Source: Flavobacterium sp.
Lineage (GTDB): Bacteria > Bacteroidota > Bacteroidia > Flavobacteriales > Flavobacteriaceae
Length of the DNA: 64,000 nt
Assembly (NCBI RefSeq): GCF_041911335.1
Contig: NZ_JAYRPD010000038.1
Location: 19,716 to 83,715, forward strand
Reading direction: 5' to 3'
Below the pieces are notes generated by a model. That model had not been told where the DNA came from. It did no database searches and saw only the letters and a program-made list of their open reading frames with translations. Shown piece by piece: positions 42,508-52,508 of the stretch; the stretch's first letter is position 1; the number at the start of each line of letters is the position of its first letter. The translations under genes and the position numbers were made by a program.

Positions 42508-43755
42508 ATGAATAAAATTGTAACTCTATTCCTCTTATGTTTACCGTGTTTTATTTTCTCACAAGCAGGAATTGAACAAGATCCATCATTCAATATTAAA
42601 ACCATTTCATTTCGGGTTAATGACAATAATGTGATTCCTTTTTTTAAACTTGGCGAAACTTTTGAATTAAGTTTTGACGATTTATACGGAGACGAAGCCG
42701 ATTATTACTACACCATCACTCAGTACAATTACGATTGGTCTGCACCATCTGATTTTGGAAAAGTAGAATACCTAAATGGCATGGATAATCAGCGCATTAT
42801 TACTTATGAAAATTCATTTAACACTTTACAACTCTACTCACATTACAAACAAGTATTCCCAAATCGATTTAACCAAATAACCAAAAGTGGAAATTATTTA
42901 ATTTCTATTTTAAATGATGAAAATGAAATCGTTTTTTCTCGTAGAATAATAATTTATGAAGAACAAGTATCTGTTGGCCTTTCAATAAGAAGAGTACGAG
43001 ATTTTGAAAGTATAAATCAAAAGCAAAATATTGAAATGTCAATAAATTATGGGGACAGAATTCTACAAAACCCCATTCAAAACGTAAAAGTTACACTTTT
43101 TCAAAACGGAAATTGGAAAACGAGTATTTCTAATATAAAACCTCAATACACACTTGGTTCTGAATTAATTTACAGATACAATAAAGAAACACAATTTTGG
43201 GGTGGAAACGAATGCTATAGCATTGATAACAAAATCATAAGAGCAACTAATAATACCGTTGCAAAAGTTACTTCTGGCGAAAACATCTACAACACTCATT
43301 TGTATACAAATACTCCAAGAAAAAACCAACCTTACACTTATTTTCCTGATATCAATGGCAACTTTTTTATCCAGAATGTTAACTCAACAAATTCTCAAAT
43401 AGAATCTGATTATTCTTGGGTGTATTTTACCTTAGATGCGCCAGAATTTTTAGAGGAAAACATTTATGTTTCCGGAATGTTTAATAATTACTCATTAACT
43501 GATGATTATAAAATGGAACTGAATAAAAAAACCGGGCTTTACGAAAAAGCTCTTTTAATAAAACAAGGTTTTACCAACTATCAATATATTCTTACCGATA
43601 AAAAAGGAGTAATTGATTTTAAAAATGCAATTGATGGCAATTTCTTTCAAACAGAAAACAACTACACTGCAATTGTATACTACAGAGGCAACAACGACAG
43701 ATACGATAGAGTAATTGGAATAGCAAACACGAACAGCGAAGTTATCCGCAATTAA
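42508..43755 (+). CDS. DUF5103 protein (T9SS plug-like)
   Basis: LSFDDL, KQGFTNYQY, GNFFQTEN motifs; signal peptide. Confidence 0.75.
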   Translation: MNKIVTLFLLCLPCFIFSQAGIEQDPSFNIKTISFRVNDNNVIPFFKLGETFELSFDDLYGDEADYYYTITQYNYDWSAPSDFGKVEYLNGMDNQRIITYENSFNTLQLYSHYKQVFPNRFNQITKSGNYLISILNDENEIVFSRRIIIYEEQVSVGLSIRRVRDFESINQKQNIEMSINYGDRILQNPIQNVKVTLFQNGNWKTSISNIKPQYTLGSELIYRYNKETQFWGGNECYSIDNKIIRATNNTVAKVTSGENIYNTHLYTNTPRKNQPYTYFPDINGNFFIQNVNSTNSQIESDYSWVYFTLDAPEFLEENIYVSGMFNNYSLTDDYKMELNKKTGLYEKALLIKQGFTNYQYILTDKKGVIDFKNAIDGNFFQTENNYTAIVYYRGNNDRYDRVIGIANTNSEVIRN

Positions 43756-43757
43756 TA

Positions 43758-44852
43758 ATGAACAGAAAAGATTTAAAATATCGCGGCACAAATTGCATCA
43801 ACTGCGAAACACCATTAGATATTAGCGAAAAATATTGTCACCATTGCGGCCAATTAAACTCGACTAAAAAACTTGAAATCAAAGATTTTATAGAAGAGTT
43901 TTTTGCTAATTTTTACGCTTATGATTCTCGTTTACGAAATTCCATAATCTCCTTATTTTCAAAACCTGGTGTTTTAGCACGAAGATTTAACGAAGGCAAA
44001 AGACATACTTACGCCAATCCTTTTCGTTTATTTTTAAGCGTTTCAATTATATTATTCATCACCTATAATTTATCCGAAAGAAACAATACAGAATCACCCG
44101 AAGAAATTAAAGTCGAAGAAAAACTAACCGATCAGCAAAAGCAAGATTTAAAAAAAATTGACAGTTTATCAAACAAAATAATTAGTAAAAATCAAAGAAC
44201 CGGTTTTTTAATTGATAGTATTAGTAAACCTGAAATTGAACACAACAGAGATTCTATTTTCAACAAACAATTCATAGATGAAAACATTTCTTCAGGTGGC
44301 AAACCTTTGATTTACACAGCACTTTCATTTAGAAATTTCCACAGAAAATATCCAGAAAAATCTACTGAAGAAGCATTAAAAGAATTGGGTTATGAAGCAA
44401 ATTTCGTGTACACTAGCTTTTTTAATAAATCTAAACTTTTCAAATCAAATGATATCGAAGGTGAAGTTTTCGATTACTTCTATCAAAAACTTCCGTTTTT
44501 TATTTTTCTATCTTTACCTATACTAACCTTAATGTTTTGGTTGGTTTTCTATTCTAGAAAAATAAATTACACAGAACATCTTGTTTTCACTTACACCTAT
44601 TTCACTTTTGTCTTCATTTGTTTAATGATATTTAACTTAATATCGCTAGTCAGTGAAGGTTTAGCCTCTTTTTTAGAAGGAGTTTCATTTGCCTTTGTAT
44701 TTCCAATTTACCTTTATAAATCTTTAAGAAATTTTTATCAACAAAGCCGTTGGATTACTGTTCTAAAATTCTTAATTTTGAATCCGTTATTCTTTTTATT
44801 ATTAAGCATTTGCACCGCAATCATGATGGTAATAGGAATAATTTTATTTTAA
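43758..44852 (+). CDS. DUF3667 membrane protein
   Basis: CINC...YCHHCGQ zinc ribbon, PFRLFL, EHLVF, C-terminal TM helices. Confidence 0.85.
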   Translation: MNRKDLKYRGTNCINCETPLDISEKYCHHCGQLNSTKKLEIKDFIEEFFANFYAYDSRLRNSIISLFSKPGVLARRFNEGKRHTYANPFRLFLSVSIILFITYNLSERNNTESPEEIKVEEKLTDQQKQDLKKIDSLSNKIISKNQRTGFLIDSISKPEIEHNRDSIFNKQFIDENISSGGKPLIYTALSFRNFHRKYPEKSTEEALKELGYEANFVYTSFFNKSKLFKSNDIEGEVFDYFYQKLPFFIFLSLPILTLMFWLVFYSRKINYTEHLVFTYTYFTFVFICLMIFNLISLVSEGLASFLEGVSFAFVFPIYLYKSLRNFYQQSRWITVLKFLILNPLFFLLLSICTAIMMVIGIILF

Positions 44853-44855
44853 TGT

Positions 44856-45242
44856 ATGGTTAGTCAAATTACTAAAGGCATAAAGATTTCAGTTTTAACT
44901 AGTTTTGAAGGTACTTACTTCAAAAACTACAAGATTCATTTTGCTTTTTCATATCATGTTACCATCGAAAATCAAAGTAAAGATTCGGTACAATTAACCA
45001 CACGTCATTGGGAAATTTACGATGCATTAAACAATGTTGAAGTAGTTGATGGTGAAGGCGTAATTGGAAAAAAACCAGTTATCAAACCAGGCGAAAGCTA
45101 CACCTATTCTTCGGGATGCTTGCTTTCTTCACCAATTGGTGCCATGAAAGGCTATTTCAACATGGTAAACTTTACCTCAACAAGAAGTTTTAGAGTTACC
45201 ATCCCAACTTTCAAGCTTAGTGCTCCTTTTGCTATCAACTAA
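44856..45242 (+). CDS. apaG: ApaG protein
   Basis: RHWEI, GEGVIGKKPVIKPG, YSSGC. Confidence 0.95.
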   Translation: MVSQITKGIKISVLTSFEGTYFKNYKIHFAFSYHVTIENQSKDSVQLTTRHWEIYDALNNVEVVDGEGVIGKKPVIKPGESYTYSSGCLLSSPIGAMKGYFNMVNFTSTRSFRVTIPTFKLSAPFAIN

Positions 45243-45278
45243 ATAGCGAACAAATCAGCTTCGTAACATTTGTTATCG

Positions 45279-45308
45279 ATAATTCAAAATATACTTTGTA
45301 TTTTTGTA
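45279..45308 (+). repeat. 30-bp direct repeat, copy 1 (contains TAnnTTTG -7 promoter box)
   Basis: ataattcaaaatatactttgtatttttgta, identical to 47231-47260. Confidence 0.95.
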
Positions 45309-45328
45309 TAATATCAAACTTCATCAAA

Positions 45329-46576
45329 ATGAAAATAAATTCATTAAGTCTTAAAAATATTGGACCTTTTATTAATGCTGAAATTGACTTCACTAATAAT
45401 AGTAATAAAAATCCAGTAACTATCATAACTGGAGAAAACGGCACTGGAAAATCAATAATAATTGATGCAATCAGAGCAATTTTATCTGGCTACCAAGGAT
45501 TTAGAAGTAGAGATATTATAAGAGATAATTCAAAATCTTTCTCTATTAGTGCAAATTTAGAATACAACAATGAAAAAAATATTTTATCAACAAATGAAAA
45601 AGCAAAGCCAAGTATTTTAGACAAAAATAAAATTTGTTTTAATGTACATGATAAAATTAATAAAACATCAGAATTATCCAACATATTAACTTTTGAAAAA
45701 AATGCAAAAGGTAATTTGTGGATTTTAAATTATTGGACATCAAAAACAGATAATCAACCCTTTAATATTGGAACACTTCAGTTTTTAAAACCAGAAGAAT
45801 ATCTTAAAAACAGTTTAGATGGAATCCAAAAAAACACCGAAGTAATTTCATTAATAACGTATTTCGACTATTTAAAATCATCCGACAATCCAAAAGAAAA
45901 AAAAGAAGGTGAATTTCTTTTTGAAACCATAAAAAAAATAATCAAATTAAGTTTATTGGATGGAGAATTTAAATATGTAGAACGCAAAGTTTTAATGCCA
46001 ATTGTTACACAAAATGGCTCAGAAGTTTCTTTAGATAAACTAAGTAGTGGAAATCTATATTTAATCCAAAGAATGATTTCTTTATTGGGTCAAATGTATT
46101 CTGTATACACTTTAAACAATTTAAAGTTAGAAGATATGCTACATACCTCAGGTTTATTGATGATTGATGAAGCTGAAAATCATTTGCATCCAAAATGGCA
46201 AAAATCATTTTTAAACTCAATTTTAAGCATTTTTCCAAATATTCAAATAATCGTAACTACTCATTCTCCTTTCATTGTTTCTTCTATTGAAAATGCAAAA
46301 GTTTTTGTTTGTAAATCTATGCAAGACCATTCAATTATAGTTGATGAAACGGATATTTATTCAAACAAACCAATAGACGAGGTTCTAGTTTCTGATGTAT
46401 TTGAAACAAGCCCATTTAGCGAATCTATTAGTAAATTAATAAAAGAAAGGGAGGTTGCAATCAATAACAATGATTTGGTTAAAAGTGAAGAAATTGAGAA
46501 CAAACTCAAAGCAATTAACCCACAATATTTTTCTTATTTTGATATTGATAAATTACTAAAAACAGTTTCAAAATAG
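45329..46576 (+). CDS. ABC-type AAA ATPase (PtuA-like defence ATPase)
   Basis: Walker A GENGTGKS, LSSG, IDEAENHLHPKWQ, TTHSP; start placed at ATG 45329. Confidence 0.88.
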   Translation: MKINSLSLKNIGPFINAEIDFTNNSNKNPVTIITGENGTGKSIIIDAIRAILSGYQGFRSRDIIRDNSKSFSISANLEYNNEKNILSTNEKAKPSILDKNKICFNVHDKINKTSELSNILTFEKNAKGNLWILNYWTSKTDNQPFNIGTLQFLKPEEYLKNSLDGIQKNTEVISLITYFDYLKSSDNPKEKKEGEFLFETIKKIIKLSLLDGEFKYVERKVLMPIVTQNGSEVSLDKLSSGNLYLIQRMISLLGQMYSVYTLNNLKLEDMLHTSGLLMIDEAENHLHPKWQKSFLNSILSIFPNIQIIVTTHSPFIVSSIENAKVFVCKSMQDHSIIVDETDIYSNKPIDEVLVSDVFETSPFSESISKLIKEREVAINNNDLVKSEEIENKLKAINPQYFSYFDIDKLLKTVSK

Positions 46577-46580
46577 TTTT

Positions 46581-47225
46581 ATGAGATATTTAGTAAGATT
46601 ACCTAAACCAAATATTTTAGAACAAAGAGAGATAAGTTGGACTCAATCTTTTATTATATCTGGAAAAGATCGACCTGATAATTCTAAATATAGTCATTTA
46701 GAAATAAGAACCCAACTGCATAACATAAGTTATAAAAAGTGTTTCTATAGTGAAGTAAAATTTGCAACAGAAACTGAAGGGCAAGTTGACCATTATGTAG
46801 AAGTTTCTGAAAATAAAAATCTAGCTTTCAATTGGGATAACTTATTTCTATCACACAAAGATTCAAACCAAGGCAAACCAAGTAATACTAATTTACCAAA
46901 CGATACCACTTTAAATCCTTTTATTCATACAGATGATATAATTGAAAACCATCTCTCTTTTGAAGACGAATGTATAAGAGGCAGAACTGAAATTGGGTTA
47001 AATACTATCAAAAAATACAAATTAGATAAAGATACTTATAATATTTTGAGAAGTAAAGAGCTTAGAAAATTTGAAAAATGTCTTATTGAAATATTAAAAA
47101 AAACAAATGAAGAAAAAAGACAAATAAACGATTACGAAATTAATATTTTAAGATTATTCGCCCAACCAGATTATTCATTTTCTTTAATGTTTAGACTAAA
47201 ACTAAAAGAGCATAATTTTATATAA
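46581..47225 (+). CDS. HNH endonuclease-like protein (PtuB/TIGR02646-like)
   Basis: KCFYSE...VDHY...WDNLFLSHKDSNQGK...LNP pattern; 4 bp after the ATPase. Confidence 0.8.
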   Translation: MRYLVRLPKPNILEQREISWTQSFIISGKDRPDNSKYSHLEIRTQLHNISYKKCFYSEVKFATETEGQVDHYVEVSENKNLAFNWDNLFLSHKDSNQGKPSNTNLPNDTTLNPFIHTDDIIENHLSFEDECIRGRTEIGLNTIKKYKLDKDTYNILRSKELRKFEKCLIEILKKTNEEKRQINDYEINILRLFAQPDYSFSLMFRLKLKEHNFI

Positions 47226-47230
47226 AATGA

Positions 47231-47260
47231 ATAATTCAAAATATACTTTGTATTTTTGTA
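47231..47260 (+). repeat. 30-bp direct repeat, copy 2 (likely pruA promoter)
   Basis: Identical to 45279-45308; 61 bp upstream of pruA ATG. Confidence 0.95.
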
Positions 47261-47321
47261 ATCGTTTACGATTTTTTCGTAAAACGAAGTACAAAATTGT
47301 CTAATCTCAAAATACAACACC

Positions 47322-48947
47322 ATGTTAAAAGGATTTTTTAATGTCCCAAAAGCGGTTAACGAACCCGTAAAATCGTACGCTCCAGGTTCTCCTGAACGAG
47401 CAAAAGTTGCAGAAACATATAAAACTATGTGGAATTCTCAAGTTGAAGTTCCATTATATATAGGTAGCGAAGAAATCAAAACTGGCGATACTAAAAAAAT
47501 GTCGGCACCTCATGATCACCAACATATTGTAGGTGTTTATCATCAGGCAGACAGAGCTTTAGTTGAAAAAGCAATTACAGAAGCTTTAGAAGCTCGTAAA
47601 AAATGGGCGGCTTTATCTTGGGAAAACCGCGCTAGTATCTTCTTAAAAGCGGCTGAATTATTAGCAGGTCCATATCGTGCTAAAATCAATGCTGCGACAA
47701 TGATTGCACAATCAAAAACCATTCACCAAGCAGAAATTGATTCGGCTTGTGAGTTAATTGACTTCTTACGTTACAACGTAGAATTCATGACAAAAATATA
47801 CGCAGACCAACCCGCTTCTACATCAGACATGTGGAATCGTGTTGAATACAGACCATTAGAAGGTTTTGTATATGCCATTACTCCTTTTAACTTTACAGCT
47901 ATTGCAGGTAACTTACCTTCAAGTGCTGCATTGATGGGGAATGTGGTAGTTTGGAAACCAGCGGCAACACAAGTATATTCTGCTAATGTGATTATGCAAG
48001 TTTTCAAAGAAGCAGGTTTGCCAGACGGTGTTATCAATATGGTAATGGGTGATTCTGGTATGGTTTCTGACGTAGTTTTATCTAGTCCACATTTAGCTGG
48101 TGTTCACTTTACAGGTTCTACTGGTGTTTTCAATGACATTTGGAAAACGATTGGAAACAATATCGCTACATACAAAACCTATCCAAGAATCGTTGGAGAA
48201 ACTGGTGGTAAAGATTTCATCATTGCTCATCCATCAGCAAACGCAGCGCAAGTTGCAGTAGGAATTGCTCGTGGTGCTTTTGAATTCCAAGGTCAAAAAT
48301 GTAGTGCTGCTTCACGTGTTTATATTCCACAAAGTTTATGGCCAGCAGTTAAGTCTAATTTAGAAGCAGATTTAGCTTCAATGAAAATGGGTTCTCCAGA
48401 AGATATGAGCAATTTCATTACAGCTGTTATTTCAGAAGCTTCATTTGACAAATTAGCGCGTTACATTGACCAAGCTAAAAACGATAGCGATGCTGAAGTA
48501 ATTATGGGAGGAAATTACGACAAATCAAAAGGGTATTTCATTGAACCAACAGTTATCTTAACTACAAATCCAAAATATACTACAATGGAAACCGAATTAT
48601 TCGGACCAGTAGTTACTATTTATGTTTATGAAGATGCTAAATGGTCTGAAACATTAAAATTAGTAGACGAAACTTCAGAATATGCTTTAACTGGTGCGGT
48701 ATTTAGCCAATGTCGTTATGCAGTAGAAGAAGCAACCGTTGCTTTACAAAATGCAGCAGGAAACTTCTACATCAACGACAAACCAACAGGTGCTGTTGTA
48801 GGAATGCAACCATTTGGAGGCGCTAGAGGTTCAGGAACTAACGATAAAGCAGGTTCATCTCAAAACTTATTGCGTTGGGCTTCTGTTAGAACTATTAAAG
48901 AAACTTTCGTAACACCAGAAGATTATAAATATCCGTTTTTAGGATAG
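47322..48947 (+). CDS. pruA: L-glutamate gamma-semialdehyde (P5C) dehydrogenase
   Basis: NEPV, PFNFTAI, GETGGKD, QGQKCSA, QPFGGARGSGTNDK. Confidence 0.96.
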   Translation: MLKGFFNVPKAVNEPVKSYAPGSPERAKVAETYKTMWNSQVEVPLYIGSEEIKTGDTKKMSAPHDHQHIVGVYHQADRALVEKAITEALEARKKWAALSWENRASIFLKAAELLAGPYRAKINAATMIAQSKTIHQAEIDSACELIDFLRYNVEFMTKIYADQPASTSDMWNRVEYRPLEGFVYAITPFNFTAIAGNLPSSAALMGNVVVWKPAATQVYSANVIMQVFKEAGLPDGVINMVMGDSGMVSDVVLSSPHLAGVHFTGSTGVFNDIWKTIGNNIATYKTYPRIVGETGGKDFIIAHPSANAAQVAVGIARGAFEFQGQKCSAASRVYIPQSLWPAVKSNLEADLASMKMGSPEDMSNFITAVISEASFDKLARYIDQAKNDSDAEVIMGGNYDKSKGYFIEPTVILTTNPKYTTMETELFGPVVTIYVYEDAKWSETLKLVDETSEYALTGAVFSQCRYAVEEATVALQNAAGNFYINDKPTGAVVGMQPFGGARGSGTNDKAGSSQNLLRWASVRTIKETFVTPEDYKYPFLG

Positions 48948-49041
48948 TTCGAAGTACGAAGTAAAAATAAAAAACCCGATTTTCAGTTGAGAATTGGGTT
49001 TTGTGTTTTATAGCTAATCACTAATTACTTTTCACTAATCA

Positions 49042-49671
49042 CTACTTCTTATACCTCAACGGCAAATGCACCACTTTTTTAGTCTCAAAAAACTCATCTG
49101 AAAAGAAATCGGATAAATTGTATTGAGTTGCTTTTGGAAAAGCTACCAATTCTTCGGTTAAATCGCCACCTTTTAAATATAAAATTCCGTTGGCTAATTC
49201 GTGATTTTGTTTTTTAGCCACTTTATCATCGACCCATTTTACAAAATCAGGCATATTGGTAACCGCACGACTTACGATGAAATCAAATTCTTGTTTGACT
49301 AATTCGGCACGTTTTTGTTCGGCTTTTACGTTTTTTAATCCTAAACCAGCAGCTACTTCATTCACTACACGGATTTTTTTCGCAATTACATCAATCAAAT
49401 AAAAATCAACTTCTGGAAATAAAATTGCCAATGGAATTCCAGGAAAACCACCACCTGTTCCCACATCCATAATTTTAGAACCTGGGCGGAACTCGATAAT
49501 TTTTGCAATCCCAAGTGAATGTAAAACGTGACGCGTATATAATTCGTCGATATCTTTTCGTGAAATTACATTAATTTTGGCATTCCAATCTTCGTATAAA
49601 CCTTGTAATTTTTGAAACTGAAGTATTTGATTATCAGATAAATCAGGAAATTGCTTTAAAATGGCTTCCAT
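49042..49671 (-). CDS. rsmG: 16S rRNA m7G527 methyltransferase
   Basis: DVGTGGGFPGIPLA, VSRAV, YLKG. Confidence 0.96.
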   Translation of the reverse strand: MEAILKQFPDLSDNQILQFQKLQGLYEDWNAKINVISRKDIDELYTRHVLHSLGIAKIIEFRPGSKIMDVGTGGGFPGIPLAILFPEVDFYLIDVIAKKIRVVNEVAAGLGLKNVKAEQKRAELVKQEFDFIVSRAVTNMPDFVKWVDDKVAKKQNHELANGILYLKGGDLTEELVAFPKATQYNLSDFFSDEFFETKKVVHLPLRYKK

Positions 49672-49779
49672 TCGTTAAATTTTACACAAAAATACGCTTT
49701 TTAGTGAATAAAAAATGACGAATATCATAAATGAAAAAATTATAATAATTATCTTTGACGAAATTTGAATTCACAATAT

Positions 49780-50874
49780 ATGAATACCACAGCCCCGATT
49801 TTTTCAAAAGAGGACAATCTGAAATTTTTCAGAACTTTAAATAAACGAGTAAACGACTATTTCAAAGAAAATAAAATCAACAAAACTGGAAACTGGAAAT
49901 TACATTTAAAAACAATTGTAATGTTCGGTCTTTTCTTAACACCTTATTTCTTCCTGTTAGCTATGGATATGCCGTTTTGGGTATATTTATTATTAAACGT
50001 AGTAATTGGAGTTGGAATGGCAGGAGTTGGAATGAACGTAATGCACGATGGTAATCATGGTGCTTACTCTACCAAATCTTGGGTAAACAAATTAATGGGC
50101 GGAAGTATCTATATCTTAGCTGGAAATGTTTACAACTGGCAAGTACAACACAATGTTTTACACCACACGTATACGAACATCATTGGTCATGATGAAGATT
50201 TAGAAGCGGGAAGAATTTTACGTTTTTCTAAAACAGCTAAATGGTACAGCCACCACAGATTTCAACATTATTATTCTGTTTTCTTATACGGATTATTAAC
50301 GTTCAACTGGGCTATCACTACAGATTTCTTACAGATGAAACGTTATTTAAAAAGACAATTATCTTACGGAGAAGCAAAAAGTCCTGCTTTTCAATGGACC
50401 ACTTTAATTATAACTAAAACGATTTACTTCTCAATTTGGTTAGTATTACCAATGATTTTAGGAATTACTTGGTGGAAAGTTTTATTAGGATTCGTTGTAA
50501 TGCATTATACTGCAGGATTAATTTTGAGTGTTGTATTCCAATTAGCTCACGTAGTAGAAGACACAGTAAATCCAATGCCAGATGAAAACGGAGAAATCGA
50601 AAACACTTGGGCCATTCACCAATTGTTTACAACGGCTAACTTCGCACCAAAAAACTGGATTGTAAATTATTACACTGGCGGGTTAAATCACCAAATTGAA
50701 CATCATATTTTCCCGAATATCAGTCACATTCACTATGATAAAATTGCTGAAATTGTAAAACAAACAGCAGCAGAATGCAACTTACCATATCATGAGTTTA
50801 AAACCACTCGAGCGGCAATCGCTTCTCACTTCAAACATTTGAGAGAATTAGGAAGAAAACCACAATTAGCATAA
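49780..50874 (+). CDS. fatty acid desaturase
   Basis: His boxes HDGNH, HNVLHH, QIEHH. Confidence 0.94.
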   Translation: MNTTAPIFSKEDNLKFFRTLNKRVNDYFKENKINKTGNWKLHLKTIVMFGLFLTPYFFLLAMDMPFWVYLLLNVVIGVGMAGVGMNVMHDGNHGAYSTKSWVNKLMGGSIYILAGNVYNWQVQHNVLHHTYTNIIGHDEDLEAGRILRFSKTAKWYSHHRFQHYYSVFLYGLLTFNWAITTDFLQMKRYLKRQLSYGEAKSPAFQWTTLIITKTIYFSIWLVLPMILGITWWKVLLGFVVMHYTAGLILSVVFQLAHVVEDTVNPMPDENGEIENTWAIHQLFTTANFAPKNWIVNYYTGGLNHQIEHHIFPNISHIHYDKIAEIVKQTAAECNLPYHEFKTTRAAIASHFKHLRELGRKPQLA

Positions 50875-50880
50875 TAAAGT

Positions 50881-50905
50881 AAGAGACGCGATTCCTCGCG
50901 TCTTT
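50881..50905 (+). terminator. hairpin/terminator (REP-like)
   Basis: agacgcga-ttcc-tcgcgtct followed by T run. Confidence 0.65.
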
Positions 50906-50932
50906 TGTATTAACTATAATAACTAACACACA

Positions 50933-52117
50933 ATGAACCCGTTATCGGACAGAATCAACAACTTAGCTGTTTCACAAACATTAGCAATGGCAGCTTTGGC
51001 AAGAGAATTAAAAGCACAAGGAAAAGACATTATCAGCCTTAGTTTAGGAGAACCAGATTTCAACACTCCTGAATTCATTAAAGAAGCTGCAAAAAAAGCT
51101 ATTGATGAAAACTACAGCACCTACACGCCTGTTGAAGGTTACTTAGAATTGAAAGAGGCGATTTGCAAAAAATTCAAAAGAGACAATAATTTAGACTACA
51201 AACCATCACAAATTGTAGTTTCTACAGGAGCAAAACAATCCTTATATAACATTGCACAAGTAATGTTAAACGAAGGTGATGAAGTAATTCTTCCAGCTCC
51301 ATATTGGGTTTCGTATTACGAAATCATCAAACTTTCTGGTGGTGTCCCAGTTGAAGTTCCAACTTCTGTTGAAAGCGATTTCAAAATTACACCAGAACAA
51401 TTAGAAGCAGCTATCACACCAAAAACAAAAATGATGTGGTTCAGTTCGCCTTGTAATCCAAGTGGTTCGGTTTACAATCGTGAAGAATTAACAGCTTTAG
51501 CTAAAGTTTTGGAAAAACACCCACACGTATATGTAGTTTCTGACGAAATCTACGAACACATTAACTTTTCAGGAACATTTTGCAGTATTGGCTCTATACC
51601 AGGAATGTTAGAAAGAACAATCACAGTTAATGGAGTTGCAAAAGCATTCGCAATGACAGGATGGAGAATTGGTTACATCGGAGCTCCAGAATTCATTGCA
51701 AAAGCGTGTACAAAAATCCAAGGACAAGTTACTTCTGGAGCAAATTCTATTGCACAAAGAGCTACAATTACCGCAGTTGAAGCAGACCCAAGCGTTTTAA
51801 ACGAAATGGTATCAGCTTTCAAAAATCGTAGAGATTTAGTTGTTGGATTGGTAAAAGAAATTCCAGGATTTAAATTAAATGTTCCAGAAGGTGCGTTTTA
51901 TGTTTTCCCAGATGTTTCTTCTTACTTTGGAAAAACATTGAAAGGTCAATTAATCAAAGACGCTACTGATTTCTCAATGTTCCTATTAGCAGAAGCAAAT
52001 GTGGCGACTGTAACAGGAGACGCTTTTGGAAATCCAAATTGTATTCGTTTCTCTTACGCAACAAGCGATGCTTTATTGACAGAAGCTATGAGAAGAATCA
52101 AAGAAGCGGTTTCTTAA
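50933..52117 (+). CDS. class I PLP aminotransferase (aspartate aminotransferase-like)
   Basis: GEPDF, NPSG, SDEIY, KAFAMTGWRIG. Confidence 0.95.
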   Translation: MNPLSDRINNLAVSQTLAMAALARELKAQGKDIISLSLGEPDFNTPEFIKEAAKKAIDENYSTYTPVEGYLELKEAICKKFKRDNNLDYKPSQIVVSTGAKQSLYNIAQVMLNEGDEVILPAPYWVSYYEIIKLSGGVPVEVPTSVESDFKITPEQLEAAITPKTKMMWFSSPCNPSGSVYNREELTALAKVLEKHPHVYVVSDEIYEHINFSGTFCSIGSIPGMLERTITVNGVAKAFAMTGWRIGYIGAPEFIAKACTKIQGQVTSGANSIAQRATITAVEADPSVLNEMVSAFKNRRDLVVGLVKEIPGFKLNVPEGAFYVFPDVSSYFGKTLKGQLIKDATDFSMFLLAEANVATVTGDAFGNPNCIRFSYATSDALLTEAMRRIKEAVS

Positions 52118-52136
52118 AAAAAGAAAAAAACAATTC

Positions 52137-52194
52137 AACACGAATTGCACGAATTGGCACGAATTAATTGGTGTAAATTCGTGTAATTCGTGTT
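52137..52194. repeat. ORF-less copy of the GxxExxY-flanking inverted-repeat element
   Basis: aacacgaattgcacgaattggcacgaatt abuts aattggtgtaaattcgtgtaattcgtgtt (29+29 nt, 25/29 complementary). Confidence 0.85.
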
Positions 52195-52508
52195 TTTTTA
52201 TGCCCTAAATTCTTGAAAAGTAAAATTCAACTATGTTTTCCTACAAGGATTTAAGGATTAAAAATAATTAAAAAGAATCAGTGAAAATCCATATAATCCG
52301 TGGCTAAAAAAGGGATTCATTTAAAAAAATCAAATCAGAATTAGAAATCTTGGATTTTTTATAAGAACTTTGCACACTTTTTTTCGGCAAATCCCGAAAG
52401 ATTAAAGATTTACAAATGAAATCGCCACTAAAAAAGATTGCGTAAGCAATTACAAATTAAAAAAAAGCGATTCCATATGTTACATCTGAAAAATTATAGT
52501 CAGAACAT

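Noticed and set aside
45329-47225. Retron system
   Set aside because: No reverse transcriptase gene and no room for msr/msd; the direct repeats bound only two genes.
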